Below are positions 57,659-64,000 of a stretch of DNA of 64,000 nucleotides, piece after piece (the first letter of the stretch is position 1; every line of letters starts with the position of its first letter). Position numbers and translations under genes: made by a program. The DNA is from a virus, in IMG/VR virus record IMGVR_UViG_3300050821_006606, positions 2,960 to 66,959 of that record; one strand, given 5' to 3'. The notes beneath the pieces are model-generated. The model ran no database searches. It saw only the letters and a program-made list of their open reading frames with translations, and was not told where the DNA came from.

Positions 57659-58144
57659 CTACCGATGCAGCAGCCTCGGCAACTCCATCGGAGCCAGCGC
57701 CGTCCCGCCCTGAACGCCCTTACCGAACGCGGTCAGCAAATCAAGCACCTGCTGAGCCTGCGCGATCTTCGGCAGGAACTGCTTGAGTTTCGGATCGGCA
57801 CCCGGCGCGTTCACGGCATCGTTCGCCGCTTTCACGGCACTCTGGAGAAAGCCCTCGATCTGCTGGACGAGCGGCAGCGCCTGGAGTTGCGTCATCGTCG
57901 GAACCATGTCAGCGAACACCGCCGCCGCCGAGTTGAGATAGGGTGTGACGATGGCGACCAGAGGTGCCGCGGCCGGAACCGCGATGGCCATGCCAGCGAC
58001 CAGGACATCGAGTAGCGGCATGACGAACTGAATGCCATTGAACACCGCGAGCACGGCGGGAACGACCGCGCCGGTCACGCAAGCGGCGACGGCGATGACT
58101 GGAGCGATCAAGGCCGAGGTGGCGAGCAATCCGCGACGGTTCAT
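57659..58144 (-). CDS. Twin-arginine-signal lipoprotein
   Basis: MNRRGLL..hydrophobic..VAAC lipobox; AAGGA RBS. Confidence 0.65.
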   Translation of the reverse strand: MNRRGLLATSALIAPVIAVAACVTGAVVPAVLAVFNGIQFVMPLLDVLVAGMAIAVPAAAPLVAIVTPYLNSAAAVFADMVPTMTQLQALPLVQQIEGFLQSAVKAANDAVNAPGADPKLKQFLPKIAQAQQVLDLLTAFGKGVQGGTALAPMELPRLLHR

Positions 58145-58223
58145 CTGTTTGATCCTTGCGTTGGAGTCCGGATACGGCCAATAGATGGGAACCCGAAATT
58201 CCGCAACACGAGAGAAACGCCAG

Positions 58224-59009
58224 ATGGAACGCACCTTGAGACTGGGCCGAAACCCAACGCGATGGACGACGCAGAACCTTCGCAAAGCGCACCGTATCCA
58301 GATGACGATGAACGCATTGCCACCGCCGCCAGCGGTCTCCGCCGACTTCATGGCGGCTGTGTTCAGGCATACCAAGGGGAACTGGGGAATGTTCCTCAAT
58401 GACCAACTCGGCGACTGCGTTCCCGCCGACACTGGCCATGAACTGATGTTGCGAACCGCCAACACGGGAGTATTCCTGCGGCCAACAAACAACGATATCC
58501 TCAAACTGTATGAGGCGGTCGGCAAATACGTCCCTGGCGATCCAGCGACCGATCAGGGTTGTGAAGAAGGCGCCATGTGCCAGTACATGGTGGACACGGG
58601 CCTGCTCGGCCATAAGTCGATCGACTACGCGGCCATCGCTACCGTCGTTATTGACACAGCCGCTATTACCCGCATTAAGTGGGGTATTCAGTTGTTCGGT
58701 TGCGTGCGCCTTGGCGTGAACCTGCCACAATCGGCCGAGGATCAGTTCAACGCCGGCCAGGAATGGACCGTCAGCGGCGATGCGACGATCCTCGGCGGCC
58801 ATGGTATCCCAGCGGTCAAATACGATACCGAAGGAGTGTGGCTCGTCACCTGGGGGAAGCGGATCAAGGCATCCTGGCAATGGCTGATGACATACGGCGA
58901 GGAAGCCTGGGGCGAGATTTATCCCGACTTCATCCGCTCAAACGGCCTTTCGCCCGACGGGTTCAGTCTGGCGCAACTCATCGCCGATCTGAAAGAGATA
59001 GCCCGCTAA
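58224..59009 (+). CDS. Papain-like (C1-type) cysteine peptidase
   Basis: GMFLNDQLGDCV..GGHGI..YD..VTWG. Confidence 0.7.
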   Translation: MERTLRLGRNPTRWTTQNLRKAHRIQMTMNALPPPPAVSADFMAAVFRHTKGNWGMFLNDQLGDCVPADTGHELMLRTANTGVFLRPTNNDILKLYEAVGKYVPGDPATDQGCEEGAMCQYMVDTGLLGHKSIDYAAIATVVIDTAAITRIKWGIQLFGCVRLGVNLPQSAEDQFNAGQEWTVSGDATILGGHGIPAVKYDTEGVWLVTWGKRIKASWQWLMTYGEEAWGEIYPDFIRSNGLSPDGFSLAQLIADLKEIAR

Positions 59010-59830
59010 GTCGACAAGCCGAATTTCACGACCAGGGCGTGCACGCCGATACCAAGCAAGACGCCGAAAGCGCCGACGACATCTGACGGCACAACGACAT
59101 GGAACAGACCCAGGAGCCACACCAGGATCACCACGAGCGCACCGGCGGCCGTGTAGGAGCCGGCCGCCGTTGCCTGGTTGGCCGGGCTGCTTGAAACCAA
59201 CGGCGGTGCTGAAGGAGGCGCCTCGGCCACCATCGCGAAACGTGAATTGTGACCGGGCGCGGCGGGCGCTGTTGGATTGGCCGGTGGCGGCTCTTGATGG
59301 GTTTTCTCGTAAGCTGTCCAGGCAGCGACCGCCTGCGGATACACCGCCGACCAGCGTTCCCGGGCCTCCACCGCGCGCTGCCCGCCTTCAGTGACCGCTC
59401 CGGGCCGCCATACTCGTACATAGGTTTCCCATGCGGCCTCTTCGTCGCCGATCGCCGGTAAAGCTCTGGGATTCGCCCAGAGGTCGAGCCGGGCCAGTCC
59501 GGCAGCGAGATCGGGCGATCCCATAATGCGCTGGTAAATCACCGGGCCAGTCGGCTGGAGATATATCATCCGGCAAAGGGTGTGGAGCATTTCTCCGGTC
59601 GCCTTCGACGCCAACAACTCGGCGCAGGTTTCCGGCTCGAATTGCCAAGGTCCGCGGCCAGGACCTCCGCCGATTTGCTCGATGTTACGCCAGCCGGTCT
59701 CCTGTCCTGCCATCGCCAATAATTGGACCATCGCCGGTCCGGAGAATGGCGCGTGCCAACCCGGGAAGGCGGCAACTCGTCCGGCGGCTGGAGCGAGATA
59801 GTCTCGGAGAAAATCGAAAGCGTTGTTCAT
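59006..59830 (-). CDS. Lysozyme-like endolysin with C-terminal holin-like membrane domain
   Basis: LLAMAGQETG..QIGGGPGRGPWQFEP..LARL..WRPG; Pro/Ala linker; two C-terminal TM segments. Confidence 0.7.
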   Translation of the reverse strand: MNNAFDFLRDYLAPAAGRVAAFPGWHAPFSGPAMVQLLAMAGQETGWRNIEQIGGGPGRGPWQFEPETCAELLASKATGEMLHTLCRMIYLQPTGPVIYQRIMGSPDLAAGLARLDLWANPRALPAIGDEEAAWETYVRVWRPGAVTEGGQRAVEARERWSAVYPQAVAAWTAYEKTHQEPPPANPTAPAAPGHNSRFAMVAEAPPSAPPLVSSSPANQATAAGSYTAAGALVVILVWLLGLFHVVVPSDVVGAFGVLLGIGVHALVVKFGLST

Positions 59831-60009
59831 TGGGGTGGTTTCCTTGTCTTCAAAAGTTCATCTCGTCGGATGCTGATGAGAAGGTCGATCGCCACGCGGA
59901 CCATATCCGGTCGGGTTTCTCCCAGGAGGAGGTTAGCATCGATTTCCGCACGTTTGCCCGCTGGCAATCGGACATACAGGGCTTCCGTGTGAGCATTGTC
60001 TCGTGCCAT
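59827..60009 (-). CDS. Small RHH-like protein
   Basis: LYVRLPAGKRAEIDA..GETRPDMVRVAI. Confidence 0.6.
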   Translation of the reverse strand: MARDNAHTEALYVRLPAGKRAEIDANLLLGETRPDMVRVAIDLLISIRRDELLKTRKPPQ

Positions 60010-60089
60010 CGTCGCGCCCTACCGCATTCTGATATCGCGCCGCAAGACCGTTCGTGTTACTCGAAATGCGCCGCGAACGAGGGAATCGG

Positions 60090-60782
60090 GTGACATCATT
60101 TATCATTTGGAGCGCTGCCCGGTCAGGCAGCATCAATCTGTGCGATGCTCTTGGCGCGGAAAGCGAGCCGTTCAATCCCTGGCCGCCGAAGGCTAAACTC
60201 GCTGATATCTATCTGAACTGGCCCAAATCGGCCGACCACTTGGAACAGCTTTGTGAGGCGGGTTATTGCCTGAAGCACCTTCCAGAAGGCTTCGGTGATG
60301 ATTTCAACGTCGGTTTGGCCCGGATCGCCAGCCGGCATGGTTACCGCCACATTCATCTGGTCCGTCGTGATGAACTCGCCAGACTGGTGAGCCGCGGCAT
60401 CGCCATGCAAACCAACGCGTGGATCCCGGCGAAGGCCAAAGCGAAATTCGCTGAGCTTCGGGAAGGCCGAAAGAAACTGGCTCCGCTCGATGTCGACGAA
60501 GCCATGCGCAACACCCTCAGGGTGCGACGGGCGTGGAACACGATCGCGCCGCATCTGGGCCCGACAAGGATGATGCTGCATGAACATCTGACCTCGCGGA
60601 ACGTGACTATCCGCCATGCTACCCTGCTTGAATTAATCGATTTCCTTGAACTTCCCTATGGCTGGATCGTCCGCCTCAAAACCGCCATGCGCGACGGCGG
60701 CCAACGAAGCGAGCAGGTCTGGGACTTGGTGCCGAATATCGCCGAAATGAGAGCCGCGCTGTTGAGAGAGGGTCTACTGTGA
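60090..60782 (+). CDS. Stf0-like sulfotransferase
   Basis: FIIWSAARSGS..L (5'-PSB loop), EPFN, LKH, IHLVRRD.LARLVS..IA.QT..W (3'-PB). Confidence 0.72.
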   Translation: MTSFIIWSAARSGSINLCDALGAESEPFNPWPPKAKLADIYLNWPKSADHLEQLCEAGYCLKHLPEGFGDDFNVGLARIASRHGYRHIHLVRRDELARLVSRGIAMQTNAWIPAKAKAKFAELREGRKKLAPLDVDEAMRNTLRVRRAWNTIAPHLGPTRMMLHEHLTSRNVTIRHATLLELIDFLELPYGWIVRLKTAMRDGGQRSEQVWDLVPNIAEMRAALLREGLL

Positions 60783-61882
60783 GAGCGCCTGACTTCCGTC
60801 ACGAGGAACTATCCGAACGCCGGCCGCACATGGTCGCGCCCAGTCTGGCATCCGTCCGGTGCATCTTCGTGATCCACCACCACAAGCCGAGACAGCCGGG
60901 CAGCGATGCCGGCCTCAATGTTACGACGAACTGCACGATGCGGGTGTTGCAGCGTCATGGCGTCGACTGCCAGACCTGGGGCGTTCGAGGTTCCGATGAA
61001 TTGTTCCGCCGGCTGGAGCATGACCGATATCAGGCCCGCCGGCCACTCACGCACGTCATCGTGCACACGCCGAATTTCATCTCACCGGCGGAATTCGGGA
61101 TGCTGGCGACTCAATGGCCCGAGATAGAGTTCGTGCAACTCAATCACACCGGCCTCGCCTACCAATCGATCGATTTCCACGGCCCTCAGCGCATCCGCGA
61201 AGTACTCGAGCTTCAGCAGACGATGCACAACGTCAAAGTCGCAGGGAACAATTGGCGGTTCGGGTGGTACGGTCTTGCCTATGGGGTAGAGCCCCTGTTG
61301 CTGCCGAACCTGTTTAATGTCGATTCCTTCGTCAACCCGGTGGTCGCACGGAAAGATCATGATCCGCTCCGGATCGGCGGATTTGGGGAAGCGCGGCCCT
61401 GGAAAAACCAACTCATCACCGCGATGGCGGCGATCTCCATCGCGCGCAATCTCGGTGTCCAGTTGGAGCTCTACATCAACAAAGACCGCTGGCCGCAAAC
61501 ATGGTCGATCACTCAGGCCCGCCAGGAACTCTACGCGAATTTGCCTGGAGCAAAGCTAATTGAGGTCGAATGGCAACCGTGGCCGCGGTTCCGCCGAACC
61601 GTCCAAACCATGGACCTTCTGATCAATCCGTCGTTCGATGAGACATTCTGCTGCGTCGTGGCCGACGGGATCGCCGAGGGTGTTCCTTCGGTGGTCAGCA
61701 ACGCCATGGAGTGGTGCCCGCAGTCCTGGCAGGCGCCCGCGCTGTCTGACCCGGCTTCAGTGGCGGCGATCGGCGCGAACCTGCTACACTCGCGGGTGTC
61801 CGCCATTCACGATGGCCGGCGATCGCTCACTCGGTTTGTCGATCATGGCGTAAAGCTTTGGATCGACTACCTGACGGGTTGA
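60779..61882 (+). CDS. GT-B (GT4-like) glycosyltransferase
   Basis: GGFG..RPWKNQ..MDLLINPSFDETFCCVVADGIAEGVPSVVS. Confidence 0.75.
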   Translation: MRAPDFRHEELSERRPHMVAPSLASVRCIFVIHHHKPRQPGSDAGLNVTTNCTMRVLQRHGVDCQTWGVRGSDELFRRLEHDRYQARRPLTHVIVHTPNFISPAEFGMLATQWPEIEFVQLNHTGLAYQSIDFHGPQRIREVLELQQTMHNVKVAGNNWRFGWYGLAYGVEPLLLPNLFNVDSFVNPVVARKDHDPLRIGGFGEARPWKNQLITAMAAISIARNLGVQLELYINKDRWPQTWSITQARQELYANLPGAKLIEVEWQPWPRFRRTVQTMDLLINPSFDETFCCVVADGIAEGVPSVVSNAMEWCPQSWQAPALSDPASVAAIGANLLHSRVSAIHDGRRSLTRFVDHGVKLWIDYLTG

Positions 61883-61894
61883 AGGAAAGAGGCC

Positions 61895-62287
61895 ATGTCA
61901 TTGGAACTACTCGATAGAATACAGAAGATTGGCGATCGATACGTCGAAGCGAGGGTCACTTATGATGAAGCCCGCGAAAAAGGTGACATTGGCGCGGCAA
62001 CATTGCACTGGGAGCGTCTGCTTGAACTTGAAGCGGCATGGCGACCTCTCGCGGATGAATTCGCCACGAAATATGCCAATACCGAGCCACCATCATCGGT
62101 AAATACCATCGTCGTTTGGAAGAAAGGCGCCGTTGGCGTTCAGGGTATCGTAACAGAACTTCCGTGGCCGCATCACCCGCTACTTGCCACCGTGAAGACG
62201 AAGCGCGGCACCTTCCAGGAATTCATCGACAACCTGATGCCGCTTTCCGCTATTTCCCGATCATGTGCGGGATCAGCCATTCACTGA
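61895..62287 (+). CDS. Hypothetical protein
   Basis: RBS-preceded ORF. Confidence 0.55.
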   Translation: MSLELLDRIQKIGDRYVEARVTYDEAREKGDIGAATLHWERLLELEAAWRPLADEFATKYANTEPPSSVNTIVVWKKGAVGVQGIVTELPWPHHPLLATVKTKRGTFQEFIDNLMPLSAISRSCAGSAIH

Positions 62288-62639
62288 TCGCGGTGAAGGC
62301 GCCACCGAACACGGCGCCCAGGCCGACAGCGATTGTCACGAGCATCCCAACGGACCCATACTTGGTTTCGAGCGCCGTCACGCGGTCCCGCAACTCAGCG
62401 ATATCATGGCCAAGCGGGATCGTGACCTGATCAATTTTCGCCAGGATTTCCGTTCGCATGGCGCGCGCTTCTGTCGCGCCGGCCCGGACATTCACGTTGA
62501 TATCATCGATTGTCCGTAGCAGCAGAGATAGCGGATCAGGCTCTGCCATTGCCATCGCTAACAGGAAAGTCAGCGCCATGGGAGGCGGTTGCCCTGGCTC
62601 CGAGATCGGAAACCCGGCCAAACAGTATTTCGGCATCAA
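62250..62639 (-). CDS. Coiled-coil membrane protein (lysis-associated type)
   Basis: LRDRVTALE followed by a C-terminal TM helix. Confidence 0.55.
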   Translation of the reverse strand: MMPKYCLAGFPISEPGQPPPMALTFLLAMAMAEPDPLSLLLRTIDDINVNVRAGATEARAMRTEILAKIDQVTIPLGHDIAELRDRVTALETKYGSVGMLVTIAVGLGAVFGGAFTAISEWLIPHMIGK

Positions 62640-62721
62640 AGGTCACTCCGTCCTCATTGGTGCGGCTCCGATCGTTTAACGCCCTTGCTCGTCCGGCGTT
62701 CCTCATTGAAATCGCCTCCGT

Positions 62722-64000
62722 TTATGCCATCCAAAATCCAGGACTCGGGTTGCTTCCTCCGCCACCGCTCGTACTCAGCGCGATGGTGAGGGCATCCACG
62801 AGATATTCGCCGCCATTTGAATCCGGCACGCTCGCGCCCCAGGCGACGGTATGGCTTATGAGGGCCGCACTCTGCGCCTGGGCCGTGAAACTCGAATAGC
62901 AATAATCAGAGCCGCTATTATTCGGGACATTCTCCATCAGCCAGAAACCTGTCGGCGGAGACCCGAAACCATTCGTGCTGGGGTTCGCCATCCCTTCCAT
63001 CGCGACCACGACGCCGAGAGCATCCGTCGTGGTGATAGACACCGATGGCGTCCAGGTGCCGGTCGCGACATTGCTTTCAACCGCCGGAACACCCGCATTC
63101 GGATCAAACGGATTGGTTGCATTGCTAACGGTGAAGGTGAAGACCGTCGTGTTATCGAACGTGCCGGAATAACTGATGGTCGCCGTGGTCGCGCTGACCG
63201 GACTGGCGGCGGGCGCGGACCAAAGCTCCAATGAACCTCGGGAACTCCCGTGACTTCGCTTGCGCAGGGTGAATGTGAGACCGCTGGCGGAAATGCCTGA
63301 TATCGAAGGTCCGCCACCACTCGCCTCACAATAGGATGCGATGAGGATCGTATCGCCCGCTGTTGGCGCCTGCACCGTTATGGTGCGGGAATTGGTACTT
63401 GTCGCAATAGCTGACCCGCCGGAATAATCGATGCACGGAGCCGGATTATTGCCTGTTGTCGGGCCAGCGGTCAGAGCATCGAATATCGATGAATTCTCGG
63501 TCGAGACGCTTCCGCCGCCACTTACGGTGACGCCGCTTTGGGCGGAGGAGACCACTTTGTAATAGACGCCGGTTTCCGAGTAATCGACGGATCCGGTCGC
63601 CGCGGCCACCGCGATTTGGGTGTAACCTGTCGGTGTGCCGGTCACCGCGTTGATCGTGCTTCCGTTCGCGAAAATGAGGAAGCAGTTTGCGCCAACCGTA
63701 CTGGTGTTCGGGAACGATGGCGTTGTGCCCGACTGCAAGGCGAGCGTCATCGGCCCGCAGCCGTTGTCCCATGGCTGAGAGGTCTGGCAACCCGTGACGC
63801 CGAACACGACCATGGACGAGGCATCCGGTGTGCCTCCCGCGATCGTGGCTGTAATCGTCTGCGCGGTCAGCGGGCTCGCGGTAACGGCCCACCACATTTC
63901 AATGGTGTTGGTGCGGGTGACCGAATTGCTGACGACCCGGCTGCGGAATTTCCACGTCAGGCTCGCACCGGAAATGCCACTGATTGTCGATGGTGTGGCG
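62722..64000 (-). CDS. Ser/Thr/Gly-rich virion/tail protein with duplicated domain (5' end beyond window)
   Basis: Frame open to 64000; repeated ISGIS..LT..R.R..E.W.A unit. Confidence 0.6.
   Translation of the reverse strand, partial: ATPSTISGISGASLTWKFRSRVVSNSVTRTNTIEMWWAVTASPLTAQTITATIAGGTPDASSMVVFGVTGCQTSQPWDNGCGPMTLALQSGTTPSFPNTSTVGANCFLIFANGSTINAVTGTPTGYTQIAVAAATGSVDYSETGVYYKVVSSAQSGVTVSGGGSVSTENSSIFDALTAGPTTGNNPAPCIDYSGGSAIATSTNSRTITVQAPTAGDTILIASYCEASGGGPSISGISASGLTFTLRKRSHGSSRGSLELWSAPAASPVSATTATISYSGTFDNTTVFTFTVSNATNPFDPNAGVPAVESNVATGTWTPSVSITTTDALGVVVAMEGMANPSTNGFGSPPTGFWLMENVPNNSGSDYCYSSFTAQAQSAALISHTVAWGASVPDSNGGEYLVDALTIALSTSGGGGSNPSPGFWMA

Noticed and set aside
1-64000. Stop-codon reassignment, DGR/retron or known defence system
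   Set aside because: Core genes read intact in code 11 with all three stops used; no reverse transcriptase, suppressor tRNA or recognisable defence genes seen

Overview
The window is a large part of a GC-rich tailed-phage genome with a P22-like (podovirus) head module. The host is probably an alphaproteobacterium, judged from the SSB, the XRE-HTH protein, and GapR-like and GcrA-like motifs. The minus strand from about 39.6 kb down to base 1 carries the late genes: TerS, TerL, portal, scaffold, coat, and gp4-like and gp10-like proteins. These are unusually dispersed among many small ORFs, four free-standing homing endonucleases and a plus-strand tRNA-Met / ncRNA / tRNA-Thr cassette. 39.7-43.9 kb is an early plus-strand operon with a Ycf46-like AAA ATPase. 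43.9-53.3 kb is a minus-strand replication and regulation operon, 53.4-57.4 kb is a recombination operon (ERF, YqaJ, SSB), and 57.6-64 kb holds lysis, sulfotransferase/glycosyltransferase and tail-like genes. No integrase or CRISPR array is visible. The best candidate for an undescribed system is a conserved A-CCG...CGG-G(T/A) hairpin. It sits about 30 nt before the portal, scaffold and gp4 start codons, occurs as a 4-copy array between scaffold and coat, and also appears inside a ~190-nt pseudoknotted RNA encoded between the two tRNAs. All protein calls come from motif recognition by eye; no searches were run.
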